Part shown: positions 15,747 to 32,165 of the stretch, piece after piece | Layout: every line of letters begins with the position of its first letter | How positions within the stretch are numbered: the first letter of the stretch is position 1 | From: the human T2T-CHM13v2.0 reference genome, Homo sapiens | Assembly: GCF_009914755.1 (NCBI RefSeq) | Contig: NC_060930.1 | Direction: 5' to 3' (one strand) | Length of the DNA stretch: 64,000 nt | Program-made: the position numbers and the translations under genes | Notes under the pieces: generated by a model | What the model saw: the letters and a program-made list of their open reading frames with translations, nothing else | Database searches by the model: none | What the model was told of the DNA's origin: nothing

Positions 15747-16613
15747 CTTTATGTTTACAATTTAAGTGTTCTTTAAAAAAAAAGTTGAGGAAAAACTAAC
15801 TTAAAAACAGAATGCTTTACAGTAAACCTGTATATTTCATGGCTCCCCTCAAACAAATGAATAGATTTGGTTATTGCCAAAAGATCTAACTTCTATATTA
15901 TTTACCAAAATGGTGTAATAATTTGGGCCAAAAGGTTGAGATTATCAAGCTGGGGAGGGTCTGAAGATTCAAATACTTCATACTACTAACTTGACCTTTT
16001 TGTGGCCAGTGACCAGACACCTAGGTTTTCTCCTTCTGCTTCCAGAGGCGCAGCTGAAGGCTCTTGGTACCTGCCATCTCTGGTTCTCTAAGCAACTTCC
16101 TTGTAGGTGATCCCTAAGGCACTGTTCTTGCCAGAGTAGCCTTGGCTCTTTGTTTTTTGTAGAGTTCCCATGGCCATTCATAGCAGGGGATACTGAGGCT
16201 TCCTTAAGAGGGTCTTTTTTCTATCACACGTTTGCATCTCAACCTCCTGAAACAACTCAAATACTTCACAATCCATATTTTAGGTAGAAATAAAAGTCAT
16301 TCCTCTTCACCTGGGTTCAATCAACATTAATATCAAATAACAATCACACATATAAATATACTTTTTCAACCGGAAAACAGAGGTACTTGATGCTAAGAAA
16401 ACTCATACTAAATCTGAGCCTTCCTTCGGAGACCATTTCTTCATTTTGGCATTTTTTTGCCTCTCGAGAGGCTGAGAATTTTCAAACCAGGTGGTCCTGG
16501 TTTCTTTTTAACAGTTCTTCCCATGATTGAGCAAAGTCTCACCTGTTACTATAAGACGCAAGAAGAAACCAGGTGGCACTTTCAGCACTCTGGTTAGAAA
16601 CCTCCTGAGCTAG

Positions 16614-17048
<435 letters not shown>

Positions 17049-19759
17049 TAAGGCTCTCTTTTTAATTATACCCAGTAGGAATGGCTTTATAATGGTATAC
17101 GCTCAACCTGAAATTCCTGTGAGAAAAAGGCATATAGAAGTCAATCTGCATACTAGAATATCAAACAAAGTGCATTTGTACTTAGGAAGGGGCTACTGAA
17201 TCACACAATGGAAAACTACAAACAGGAGTAGGCTTGTGCAGCATTAGATTAGTTTTTAACGTGAATCAAAGTATGTTTCCTATAATTTAAGTAAAAGCCT
17301 GATATGGTTAGACTAGGACAAGGACTTAAATCATAGCTTTCAAAGCAAGACAGACAGGTGGTAGGAGGAAAATATCTCAATGGTTTATAGCAAAAAGAAA
17401 TTACTACTAGGTTAAAAGAAAAACTTATAAATTTACACCAAAAGATGTAATCTGTGGTTTTTAATGCTACCAGAGGAGAAACTGTGTGGTTATTAGACAT
17501 CTGCCTTTGTTTTGCCAAATATTATTTTTTGCCAAATATTATTTGCCAAAATAATATGACAGACATAAGCAGTTTTCTTAAGCTTCAGAATTTTGTAATG
17601 TGAGGTTTAAATTGTTATATATTCAGATTAAATTAATTAAGGCTTACAATTAACTTCTAATACATTTACACTATGTAAATAAAAATATATGTAGAAACAG
17701 CAAAAGAGTATTATTATCTCTGGGGCTTAAGAAAAGATCTTACCAGAGTGATTTCATGAAATAAGATAATCTTACAGATTTTCCCATCTCTTGAAAATGC
17801 CAAGATAGTTTTGTGTAACTCATGTTGCTTTTGGAAATGGACTCAGAATTATTTAGTGTATTACATCTGCATACTATCCGGAGTAAACTTTAGCTATTTT
17901 AAGATCTAATTCCCAGAACTCCCCTACAACTCACAGCTGATAATTTAAGAAAACTAAACACAGGAGAGAAGAATTTGTTTTTCCTAACACTTTAATTACA
18001 ATGCAGAAAAAAAAAGGAGGGCCCTGGTTAAAGCCAACTGTTTCCTCAGAAAGCTGATAAGCCAGAAGAGACAGGATATGAAAAAAGAGAGACAACACAA
18101 AAGACCAGTGAAGATCAGCAGGTGATACAGAGCAGTGCTATCGACGGGACCATAACAATGTCACAAAGGACCAAAAAATAGCAGTCGTGATAGCTCTGCA
18201 ATAAATGTTGGTGAATGTAGGGTGGATGGCAAACTACAGATACCTGCAGAGTATAGTCTGAAGACACTGGCCATTTCCTCTGCATAGCTGGGTGACAGGA
18301 ACCAGGGCTGCTACCTGAGTCCATCCTGTAACCACCAAAAGCATCTGTGTCTCTTTAAAAAAGGACAGCCCGAGGAGTTCATCACCCATCTTAACACACT
18401 AGTGTAAAAAGACTGTATAAAAGGTTTGTACATCTATGGTGGAACAGGGCTATGGACTCTGCAGAAATCATCTGACAACCTGCTCACCAACCTCTTCATG
18501 GGAAGAGCACGCTGAGAAGCATAAGGAAGTGAGGATGAAGTAAACTGTTGTTCTGGATTCTAAGTCATCTGACACTACAACTCAAAAACAAATGTTTCAA
18601 ATTAAAGCATCTGGATCTTTTCCTTAAGAACAACTCTCAGAGAAGATCTAACACCTTCCCCATGTTAAAGATACAGGGACAGGAATGGGGACTGTCACAA
18701 AGGTTTCATCTGCACAGCAAACAGAACCAGCATAAGAAATCCACACTGAATAAATGAAAAGTACCAAATCAAGGCCTTTGTATTTTTGTCAGAACATATT
18801 TGATTACAATCTCCCTCCCGAATGGCTTCCAGTGGTGATAAAATGACTATTTTTCTTAATGCTTTCCAACTTTCACCGTAGCAAGGAGCCGCATCCCCCA
18901 GGTTTAAGCTGAGTACAGACATTTTGATAATTCTTGCAGGTGATGTTTCAAGTGTTCATTGAAATCTTCTAATTGAAATTTTTCTTTTTAAAGAGCCAGG
19001 CATAACACATAGTGGCCTGCAGTGAACTTGTAAGTAACTAACCTCCCCTATATTTTTCCCTCGCACCACCACCAAGTTGGGGCTTATCCAATAAATATCT
19101 GCTCAGCCACTTTTCTGACTTGAAATCCAGGGCTTTATTCTTACTCCTATTTATCCAATTTCATCTAGTTGGGTTTGGTCTGGCATTAGTTCTGACTGGA
19201 CCAGACCAATCTAGTCCCTGAGAGAAGTCATTTCTCAACACTAATTCTCTTTTGGACTAACTCATTCTGAATTGAAAAACAGTTGAGGAAATGAAAAAAC
19301 AATGCAGGCCTTTCCAGTCTACTAAAAAACCAAACTTTTTTGTCTGTTGGAAGAGATGGAAGAATGAGTTAGCTGCTGAGCCTGTTTTAAGTTTCTCATA
19401 CTGATCTGGTTAAGTTTGTTTTTTTAAAAGCCAACACAATTTCTCACATATGACTAAGGGAATTTAATATTTAAAGATATATTTGTTAAAATAATAATGC
19501 ACATTATTGAATAATCCCTAACATATTAAGTATTTACTACAAGACACACAGTGTGCTTACCTTTTTAATGCATTACCTCAGATACTCATCACATCCATCC
19601 CGTGAGGGAGACAATGTTACCATACATATTTTACCAATGAGAAAACAAAGGCTTAGAGAAGTTACGTAACTTGACAATATGCAAAGTTTTGTTGGTTTTC
19701 ATTAAGAAAAATGCTTCCAACATCTTTGTGATCGTTTAATAAAATAAGGGGTAAATTAC

Positions 19760-19814
19760 CTCCATATTTAAATTGGAATTGGAGAAGACTATTTTCTGGT
19801 GACTTCAAAAGCAT
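19760..19814 (-). CDS. IFNGR1: Candidate alternative N-terminal coding exon (MLLKSPENSLLQFQFKYG), phase-compatible with exon 2
   Basis: ATG plus 18 open codons, then G|GTAAT donor in phase 1; resembles an alternative IFNGR1 N-terminus I recall from annotation. Confidence 0.6.
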
Positions 19815-20183
19815 CTGCTTCAGGTAATGTTTCCTGATTTTATTACATTATCACAATTATATTATGGCCACTGCAAAAGTTGAACAATGCATTAAAATGA
19901 ATAATTTCTTAAAAATACACAAGACCTAAACAGATACCTAGTATTCTGATTACTATGCATTAGGATAATCTAAAATAAAGGCACCCCTTTAATAAGAAAA
20001 TTACAAGTAAATTCCTTTCTGTTAGGAATTCACTTCATTCTGGTTCAAACCTCATTCTGATTCTTTGTTCAATCAAAATTGAACCATTAATTACTCATCT
20101 GGTTTGTAAAGCAACTTCACTACTGGTATGCTGCCAAATTTTGTAAGATAGCTGTTTATTACTTTTCTTTAGGTTTTCATACA

Positions 20184-20494
20184 CAAACACACACACACAC
20201 ACAAACACACACACAAACACGAGAGACAGAGTCTTGCTCTGTTGCCCAAGCTGGAGTGCAGTGGTACAATCATGGCTCACTGCAGCCTAGACCTCCTGGG
20301 CTCAAGTGATCCTCCTACCTCAGCCTCCCCAGTAGCTAGGACTACAGGCACATGCCACCACACAGGGTTAATTTTTGTATTTTTTTGTAGAGATGGGTTT
20401 TGCCATGTTGCCCAGGCTGGTCTTGAACTTCTGGGCTCCAGTGATCCTTCCGCCGATGTGCTGGGATTACAGGCATGAGCCACTGCCCCCAGCC
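20184..20494 (-). mobile_element. AluJ with (CA)n-derived tail (20184-20220)
   Basis: Reverse Alu preceded by an imperfect CA repeat. Confidence 0.88.
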
Positions 20495-21460
20495 TAGGTT
20501 TTCTTTTAGATAGAACCAAAATATGGTCCTTTCAAAGTCTGTGTGAATTATGAATCAGAATAAAATGAAAAAGAAAATTTAATACCCTATTCAATAAATA
20601 TAATTAAAAAGTATTATCCTGTGTATTTTGAATCTCTGAAATAACTATAGAATCCAAAGAAATAGTGAAAAATTTAAACAGTACTCAGAGCTTTATCCTA
20701 AAGTCAGATAATTAGTAGGAAGCATAGCTGATAAACTGTACAAGGTCAGTGAAGAGCCTTCCAGTTGGTGTGAAGTCCAGCCTAGCTCTTCAGCTATTAC
20801 TCAGAGTGGGACACTCATCTGGATGAAGAAAGCCAGTGGCACACCCTGATTCACTTAAAAATATATACTACTTTTATGTGTAAAAGTGCATGAAGAGTGA
20901 AATACTACTGATTAAGTGGCACACACAGATTTTATTTTCACTTAAGAAGTATTAATGAAAGCCCATGAATGTAACACAATACATTCCTAAACACCTGGAT
21001 TTCCTGGAGACTGACTATATCACCATATTCACTTGTCTGCTTCCCTGTTCTTACCAGGTCCTCTCATCTAAGATGAACTTCAACTATAGAGTCAAGCCCA
21101 GCAACAGTAAGAATAAGGCTGGGAAGCTAAGCAAGAGCCAGAGCATTGTTGGTTTCTTCCTACTTTGGAGATTTTGTGTTTTAAATTAACTTTAAAAGAA
21201 CAGGGAACACAACAAAATCTAGAGAAATGCACTGAAAAATCTAGAGAAATGTGTTAGAAATGCACTTTAAAAAGAGGGCTCACTGAAACTAATGAAAAGC
21301 AAGGCCGGGGTGCTTGTCTCTTCTAGGGGAGTCAGGAAAGGCTTCACAAAAGTGACCCCAGTTTTAGAACGAGAGGTACAGAGACAAATTCAAAAGTTTC
21401 TGCAGAATATAGAAGGCTGCAGTTGATCTTCCCACGGGAGGCAGACAGGCAATCCTCCTC

Positions 21461-21570
21461 CCAGAGCAAGCTACAAGGACGTGCAAATTGTGCACTCACA
21501 GGGGTCACACGGTGCACTCATAGGGCCCCGTATTCAGAAGGAAGGGCCTGGCACTTGCTTTAACGCTATG
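21461..21570. mobile_element. MER91-like hAT fragment
   Basis: gggccccgtattcagaagg...gggcctggcacttgctttaacgct resembles the recalled MER91A consensus. Confidence 0.5.
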
Positions 21571-23003
21571 CCTGCGCTAGCGTTATCCTCTTTCTCTGCT
21601 GACATCCAGTCAGAGGCCTACTAACTCTTCCTTCTAAATGTTCTGCTAACTGTCCTCTTCTCCACTTAAACTACTTATCGACTCCAACTTAAGCAGCAGC
21701 CTCCTAATGGGCCTTGTGTTTACCCTCAAACTATTTTATAAGATGACTGGTCTTTCTAAATGGCATGTCTGATCCTGCATAAAATCATTTCCCTTTGTAA
21801 TTGATAATCCAATGATGTCAGCATTAGTAAATAATGACTGACTTCAGCAAGGCATAGTGGGTGTATTATTTTGTTGGCTCAACACCTGTACTTCAGGCAC
21901 GCCATTCCGCTTCTTCTGGTAACCCAACCCAACCCTCTACGAGAATGTCCTTCCCATGCAAGCTGGCACCTGAACCTAGCTGGGCAAATCAGAGCCTTTC
22001 CCTGGCATTTTGTTAGAATGGAGGAGGCTGCAAGATGTCAAAACTCAGAAGCTGTCAGCATCCATGATTCCTGCCAAGTGTGGAAAGCTGTCAATACCCA
22101 GACAGAAATAAGAAATGGAGAGTCCTAGCAGTTTGGGTTCCTGGTTCTAGCCTCTTGAGACCCAGCTGGCATCTATAATTTTCTGTTTAACTCTGGTTTT
22201 TCTGAGACAATAAATTCCTCTTTTTGCTTAAGTTAATAAAGCTAGGTTTCTTGCTGGTACACATAATATGGCAATTCATTATTTGGTTCCTACTTCTCCA
22301 CCTAACCTATCTCCTCCCCTTGTAAGCTCTCACACACACTTTACAATAGAACGCTTAATATTCCACGAATTCAACATGCTATCACACCTCTGCACCTCAG
22401 TCTCTGCACCTCTGGTTCCAACACTGGGGTCACCTTTGTGAAGTCTTCACTGACTTCCCTAAAAGAGACAAGCACCCCGCCTTGCTTTCCACTAGTCTGT
22501 GCCTAAGTGCAAGCTCTTACCGCAAAGTACTGCAACTGCCCATGTGGATGACTGACTAGAGCCTAGAAGAGCAGTTAAGAACTTGGACTCTGGAGCCAAA
22601 TTGAGCAGCTCCCCACTGAGTGGCTATGACCTCTCTGCCAGTTGGGCAGGCCTCTCCGTAACTCAATTTCTCGTCCATAAAGAGAGAGACAAATAACGCC
22701 TACTCCAGAAGATTGTTGTGAACACAGAACCAAAACGTGGACCTTTCAAAGTCCCTATGAATCATAAATCATAATAAAAAAAAGAAAACTGAATTGAAAA
22801 GGTTTACTGTTTTCTCTGGAGCTCGTAATCACAATTACTCTGCACTTCAGAAAAGCCACCCTCAACATTTGTTTTCTAGGAAATGTCAATAAGCAGGTGG
22901 AAATAAAATGCTCCGAAGAACAAACCCGTACGAAGAGACCTACTGCCAAATCTGCTAGTGAGTGCCGGCAATCCACCACTTCCAGACTGAGACCTAAGAC
23001 GGA

Positions 23004-23042
23004 CTGCCACTTACTTCTCAGCTGCCACTTACTTCTCAGCTG
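23004..23042. repeat. Perfect 18-bp tandem duplication (ctgccacttacttctcag x2)
   Basis: Directly visible; appears as QLRSKW x2 in ORF 22755..23075. Confidence 0.95.
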
Positions 23043-23163
23043 GCGACATAATGCATACTTTCCTACCCTAAGCACTTTGAGTCCCCCCCCCCACCCCCGC
23101 TAAGAAAGAAGTATTTAAGCCACGAACTGAGACCACGATGCCACATGCTGATCAGGACACTCA

Positions 23164-23458
23164 CAGTCATGCGTCACTTAACGATGGAGATCCGTTCTGA
23201 GAAATGGAGAAATGTCCCCTTAGGCAATTTCTTCGGGCAGTAGAAACCCAGACAAACCCAGATGACACAGCCTACTGCTCTTAGGTCATGAACCTGTACA
23301 GCCTGTCACTGCACTGAACACTGCAGGCAACCGTAGCATACTAGTGAGTATCTGCGTATCTAACCATAAAAAAAGGTACAGTAAGAAGACGATATTATAA
23401 TCTTTGAGACCACGCTGTCCCACATTGACCAGCAACGTCCTTCTGCAGCGCATAATCG
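23164..23458. mobile_element. Tigger3/MER7-type DNA transposon next to the CpG island
   Basis: cagtcatgcgtcacttaacgatggagatccgttctgagaaatg start; aacctgtacagc...aaaaggtacagtaa body. Confidence 0.8.
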
Positions 23459-23556
23459 TATTTAAAAGTGGATTACAAGAGTCGGAAAAACAAGCGGCGT
23501 GATTTGTTGTGGCGGCAACCAGGGAAGAGGCAGGAGAAAGGCAACCGACGAGTTCA

Positions 23557-23895
<339 letters not shown>

Positions 23896-23912
23896 TTACG
23901 TCACTTCCGTCA
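23896..23912 (-). promoter_or_regulatory. Overlapping ETS-CRE composite element (TGACGGAAGTGACGTAA)
   Basis: CGGAAGTG ETS core overlapping a TGACGTAA CRE-like site, plus a second TGACG half-site; ~75-90 bp upstream of the ATG. Confidence 0.75.
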
Positions 23913-24282
23913 CCGGGGTCTGTGCCGGCGTCGGCAGGAGGCGGGACCAGGGCGTGGGCGGGGTCAAGTCCGGGAAGCCGCAGGAGGCGGACTCAGGCGC
24001 AGCACCCAGCAGTGAGCACGGCGTCGTGCGGTCGGGACCTGGACTTCTGGGTGTGGGAGGAATTTGAGTGCAAAGGTTAAGGTCTTTCAACCTGGCACCC
24101 CATTCTGCAATTCTTCTTCCAGTTTTTTTCGGTTTCCTGGGGTTGTGCAAGTTTGCATTAGGCCACAGCCGAGCCACAATCCTTATTTTACTAACTCTTG
24201 GACTTCACCTGGTTGTCTTGGAGCCTGACATTTTTAGAAGAGAATGAGACTTCAAAAGCCATTTCCAGTCCCTGCTTTTTCA

Positions 24283-24291
24283 TTTGAGGAA
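24283..24291 (-). promoter_or_regulatory. GAS-like site TTCCTCAAA at about -470
   Basis: One mismatch from TTCN3GAA. Its TT lies 470-471 bp upstream of the ATG, matching my recollection of the -470delTT promoter variant. Confidence 0.5.
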
Positions 24292-24914
24292 CCTGAGACT
24301 TAGCTAGTGAAATGGTTTGTGCAGATTCCCACAGCCCAAATCAAATCGGCTTGACCAAGAACTACTTTGTTCTTGGAGAAAAAAACTATTTGCATTACCT
24401 TCTCAGCAATTCAGTGTCAAATCAGTTTATTAGGCAGCCTCTCATGAAGAGGTCTGCTCTCTTACCTCTCTGGGTTTGTCTGTTATTTTGCATCTCTCCT
24501 ATTCCACTGCAGCCACATTGCTAAGTCCTTCAGCGCTTGTGCTCAAACATGCGAATGTCTAATGATCTCACCTGTTTCAATTCTCTGAGTATCATGAACT
24601 TTTGTTAAAAATTTTAAATTGCAACACACCTTCTCCTCCTCCTTACCCCGCCCTACTGTTTTTTCATGGCACTTTTCACCTTGCTGTACACTATAATATA
24701 CACCTTGATATTTGTTTTCTTCTCCTTCTAAAATGTAAGCTCCGTAGAGCTGACATCTTTACTTGGCACTCAATTAGTATTTGTTGAGTGAAAGACTGCA
24801 TGATTACTAGTGTTAAGGAAAATTTTTAAAGAGGGAAAATCCTTATAAAGACACTATATAAACTAGAGGTATTATCAGCCAGATCATTTTACTTGTATTA
24901 ATAAATCTCTTAGC

Positions 24915-25080
24915 TCAGTACTTCTCAAACTTCAACATACATGTGAACCATCTGGGGATCTTGATAAAATGCAGATTTGGATTCAGTAGTTCTAATTCAG
25001 GTTGGGTCTTGAGATTTTGTATTTCGGACAAAATGCACAGGGGATGCTGGTGCCCCTTTCAACAGGACCACACTTTGAAT
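24915..25080. mobile_element. MER5-like hAT fragment
   Basis: cagtacttctcaaactt...aaaatgcagatt...ggaccacactttga. Confidence 0.65.
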
Positions 25081-25273
25081 CAGAAGAATTTAGCTCAATC
25101 TAGACTAAGTTTAGGGAGAATATTTCCTTTGATGTGTTTCTGATGTCCACTATATGAAAGACACCTTCTAGTCGTTGTAAGGATGCAAGGATAAATAACT
25201 GATCTTTACCGTTTAGGCGTCTATGGAGTAGGACAAAATATGATATCCAGTTTGTAAACATTTTTGTGGTACT

Positions 25274-25710
25274 TGTCACAGGCTGGGTTACCCTGGCAGT
25301 AAACTCTGAGGTCGAGATTAAGGTATAAGGCATTGATTGATTAGGGAGTGCTCTTGGAATAAACGTCTGTGAAGGGGAGGTGGAGGAAGCAGAGCGGAGG
25401 AAGAAGTTGATCTGTGATGCCATCCCAGTAAAGGCTCCCAAGGGGCGCTCTGGAGTTGGGATGGCCTTGTAAAGGTGTCTTGAGTTGGTATGAGGGGCTG
25501 GGTCTTAAAGCCCAGCACTGATTAGTCATTGAATACCAACTGTCATGATTTTGGGGCTGTCCATTTCTTTCATGGAGGCATTCCCCAGAGGAACGCTGAC
25601 GGTTGAGGGTGTCTACTGGCAGCCCTCCTAGCATCAGGAAGGGGACAGAACCCAGTCTTCTGTTCCTGAGAGGGATCTGGGCAAGTTTCACAATCACAGC
25701 ACCCACCACC
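25274..25710 (-). mobile_element. LTR16-like (ERVL) solo LTR
   Basis: tagggagtgctcttgg...gctctggagttgggatggcctt motifs. Confidence 0.6.
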
Positions 25711-26013
25711 CTACGTATCCTTCTGAAGACTTTGCTAGTTAGTCATTTGGAGACTAAATATATTTATTAATTGGGTGAATATTATCAAGTGATACTGTCT
25801 GTGACTGACATGACCAGGCACAGAGATAAAGACCTGAGCAAGACAGACATGGCCCCTGCCCTCACGGAGCTTACTGTCTACTGAGGGAGATAGCTGTTAA
25901 ACAAGGAATTACACAAGTACTGAAATCGTGATCATCATTCCCAAGGAGAGCAATGGGAAGAGATTAAAGGAGTATAAACAGGAATTTAACTTAGTCTACA
26001 TTTTAAAGAAAGT

Positions 26014-26612
<599 letters not shown>

Positions 26613-29058
26613 TTTAGGGAAATTCTTTTTTAAGGAAGTTACCATTATGTTGTGACCTGAAGGATAAGGTAAAATTAGCCTGAATAAAGTTAAAAGATGG
26701 GGGTGGCCACCGGCTAATAAGAGAGGTAGGAAGAAGAGCAATAAACTGTATTTTAAAATCCCATATAAAAATCTCATACAGCTAACACAGAAACAAATGA
26801 GCGGTGCCAGCTTTCCTTGATAAATTTCCAATGCCTAATGGCTGGGGAATATCCAAGTATACGTTGGTCCCCACTAGAGCCTCAGATTAGTTTTTAAAAT
26901 GAAGAAAACAAATTGGGGTGGAGCGTAGATCATTCCAAAGCCAAGTGTATACTGAAGTGCTGCTGCTCAGGAGCAAGGCTACATTTTGAAGACCATACTC
27001 ACCTGCCTTTCAAGTTAATAGGCCAAATAAAACAATTTAAGAAGCTAGAAATATGATCCAATGAGAACAGAGCCTGTGTGTGTGGAACAAACTGTGCATT
27101 TTGGCTCTGAGCACAGTGCATTTCCTTCCTCTTTTCTCCAAAGCAGAAATGTCTGCCAGCTTCCCTTTAAAGGAGACAGCGTGAAGATTTGTAACTGAAG
27201 CATATAGTTTAAATTCCGCTGATTAGTCTGTAAATTATAGCCAATACTCTTGCCCTCTCACACTCTACCCATGCCTTTACACTGGCCCTTATTTAACTTT
27301 GTTTATTCCATAGTACTTACTACTATCTGGAGATTCTACTGGAAATTTAATATATCTATTAAATTTGAATTAAATATGAATAAATTGTATGTGTTAAATA
27401 TATGCATTTTATATATATATATATTTCACAAATAATTACTGAAATTGTAGTAATTGTTACCAAGGAGAGCAACACGATTATAGGTGCGTAAACAGGGACT
27501 TAATCTGAGATTTAATGAAATGCATCCGTGTGTGTGTGCATACATAAAATATGTATATACACACGTAGAAAATTTTGTTTCAGTAGTCTCCCTCTTCCTC
27601 TAAAAAATAAATTTGTTTTCTTCACTGTCAGACCCCGAGCACCTAGCCAAGTGCCTATTACTCCATTAATATTTATGGAATATTGATGATCCTGAATCAT
27701 CAATTGTATGTAATCCTGAATCATCACTGTCAGCATTGAGCAGCTGAACCAATGTCTGTGGCCACTTATTAAATAAATATATGATGAACAAAACAAGCTT
27801 GTAAAGAGGTGTGGGACTGAAGCAGGTATAGTTGAATTTATGGCTGGCTAAGCTATAATTGGGTCACTGATAAGAATTTAGAGAGATATTTGGATATCAT
27901 ACTGGTACTCAACAAAGCACTATCCTCTTGCCTTGCACTCAACCCTCCTCTTAGCTCTCATGCTGACATCCGATTGTATCAGACCAACCCCTGGCTTGAA
28001 GATGTTTATCCATAGACAGTCAAGTATTCTAGTAGTTGGCTTGTCTTAGAGCACTGCCTAGGGTAGATGCCACATGCTGCGTGGTGACTGTGGCAGATAC
28101 TACTCATTAGCTGACTGCTAACAGCTCTTTTCGGTCCCCTTCTATCTTGCTGCCTCCCTACTGCAGAGGCTAGACAGGCTCATTACTCACTTTCCCAGCC
28201 TTTTTGGCAGCTAAGTGTAGGTATATGATGTAGTTTTGGTCAGCGAAACACAAGCAGAAGTCTGTGAGGCATGTGTGTGTGTGGTGGTCATCAGGTGTAT
28301 AATGGGGAAGAGGATTGGAAAGCATTCTGTGAGAACTTTTCCTTTCTCATAGAAGGGGCAGATGCAATGGGAGAGTTTGCTGGCCTTGGCCCTTTTCCAA
28401 TCTTCTTGCCTTGAATGTAGATCCAGTGACGCCTAGATCTGCAGCAGATCTTGGCAGTTTGCAACCATGAGGCAACAAGATTGAAGATGAAAAGTCAACA
28501 GCTACCAGTGGAAGAACAGGAAGTTAGAAAGCCTGAATCATCGTCAGCATTGAGTTTCTGAACTAATGTCTATGACCACCTGCCTTTGGCCTATGGGAGA
28601 AAAAAATAAACCCCTGTTGATTTAAGTCACCATCAGTTCGATTTTCTGTTAATCGTGCAGATTTTTTTTTTTTTTTTTTTTTTTTTTACTCAATGTCAGG
28701 CCAACCTAAATAGATTGGCTTTCAGAGAGTTGGAATGTAAACCATGATGGAGAAGAGGATGACTGAGTGGAAGGGAGAAAGGAGAAAAGAAGAAACAACA
28801 AACTCAAGTACAGGATGTAGAAGACTAGAATAGTAAGCAAAGAAGATCACTTGTTGAGGGGAGAACAAGAGGCCCAGCAGCCAGAGGCTTAGCAGAACTG
28901 CCATGTGCCCCGAATAGTGCTCCCTCACTGTGCTCCCTGGGCACTAGCTCATTGGCGAGGCTTTCCTCTTCTGATGTTCCCACACATCTTCACCAACATC
29001 CCTTGTCACTAAAGGTAACCTAAATGTCTCTGTTCCTTGCAACTAAAAGAGCGCAACA

Positions 29059-29375
<317 letters not shown>

Positions 29376-30854
29376 TCATTTCTAGCCATGAAATTTTTGG
29401 CCATTTCAGCATCATAAAGGGCAGCTACCCTATTCTTTTAGAAAACATTTCCCAATATAACACTAAACACCAGGCTGAAAAAAACTGTTGCTAAAAAGAA
29501 CTGAGTAATCTAAAGCAGCATGCAGTTTGTCCTCAGAGCCTCATACTTCCTCTTTCAGTGCATCTTCCCCCTCCAGTCTCCGTACTTCCTTCACCACACA
29601 CCAAAGCCCAGTGACTTCTTGCTGCTTCTCAGAAGCCCAGAGTCCTCCTACTTGGAGAATACCAAAAACTTCCCTAGCTCACAAGGCTTCAGCTGAAAGT
29701 GTCTCTCCATCCTTATCTTTCATCAACATCTAGGTCAATGGTTCCGTAGCAGATGCTCTTAGATGGCTCTGGGTAATGATAGATGAACAAATTGAACAAA
29801 TTAATTTATTGACATCAATATTTGATAACCATTTTGGGGTGGACACTCCTAGATATTTTGACATTCGAACAGTTCTTAACTAGAAGAACCAATGTGTCCA
29901 GTGGTGACACTGGAGGTCTTGACAAGAAAGGATACAATAAGATAGTTTGCCTTGGGCAAAAGGGTCTTTTGGGTGCCTTTCAAATCATGGTATGATGGCT
30001 CATTTTTCAAAAGGCAGGCTCAGAGCCTAAATTCAGCCAACAGATGTGTTTTGTTTAGCCAGCAGAGAGAATTCCATTTTCATTGGTTCTAGGCAGGGCA
30101 CGTAGTCCTGTTAAGTTTTAAGTATCTATATTTAATGTGATTATCTTGAATGCCAATACTAGATTTCTAGAGCAGAACACTTTTCTTTTTTTTTTTTTTT
30201 TTTACTTACAGCAAATAATTTTGTCAGCTCTCTTTTGTCCCAGTTCTTATCTCTGGGGCTATGCAATGAGACCCAGATGTACATGTAGGCTGCACATGTC
30301 ATCCTATATGTAATGGTGTCTACTGTAAGTGAGGACACCCTCCAAAATGAATCTGGGCATTTATATAGGAGAAAGGGCCAACTTTCCCCTCCCACTGTGA
30401 GAAAAGACGAGAAATCCATTGCTCCCTGGTATAAACACATTCTCCTTGGGAACAGAAAGAAAGATTCTGGGAGCTTAGCTTTTGGAATGTAAATAAATTT
30501 CCCCACTGGAAAGATGAGACTAGTGTCTCTGGCTTTACATCCCAGGAGATGTTTCCATGGTCCTGGGGGTTTAATTCTTCCTTGAAATGAAAACGCAGGT
30601 ATCTTTGGGGAGGTAAATTTCTCTGGCATTCTCACTAATCACTTCGAAGTTAACACCAGGCTTGTCCTTTTAGCTTAGATTCCAAGATTCAGTAAAATGG
30701 GCTCAGAAAACCCTAACTGTTCAGAAACGTAAAAATATTGTCTCTATGGCCCACAATTCCACAGTTGAACCACACGCCTATCATCTCAACTGTCTTACAC
30801 TCTGCAGCTTGATTTTTGTTACCTTTTTGGTTCTTACTTGTAGGCATTTGTCAA

Positions 30855-31627
<773 letters not shown>

Positions 31628-32165
31628 TCATCAAGTTATAACAACCAATACTTTGGTCAAAGAATGTATACTTGCTAACATTTAGACCTTTAAAAAGAGA
31701 ATTGAAATACACTCCATTTGTGTGAATGAAAAATTTATAATATGTCTTTTCGGACAAGAAATCAAACAAAAATGAAAATGTAATTTCTTACTACTCCAGA
31801 TTACATAGAGGATAACTGTATCTGCATGGAAATGTATCATCTGAGAAATGGGTTCATTTTGTCACAGAAATCCTAGTTGCTGGTTAGGAGTGAGCAAGAC
31901 AGTCTTTAGTCAGTCAGGCATTTTGTGAGTGAGACTGTGCAGCACCGTGATCGAGCATGAAGTCCCCGAGGCTGGACTGCCTGCATTTAGGGCTCACACC
32001 ACCACTGCTTTATCATGTGATCTAGGGCAAGGGACTTGTCTTCTCTGTGCCTCAGTTTCCTTACTTGTAAAGTGGAGATAGAATAATGTACACAGCATCG
32101 GATCTTTGTGAAGGTGAAATGAGATAATTATGAAAAATCTGTAGTCCTCTGCCTGACAAGTCACA

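Noticed and set aside
21214-21267. Short duplication aaaatctagagaaatg x2
   Set aside because: Ordinary slippage-type duplication with no splice or regulatory consequence evident.
30159-30635. 158-aa minus-strand ORF
   Set aside because: Non-ATG start, runs into a poly-A (poly-Lys) tract, and lies in LTR-like sequence whose family I could not name; no protein-family features.
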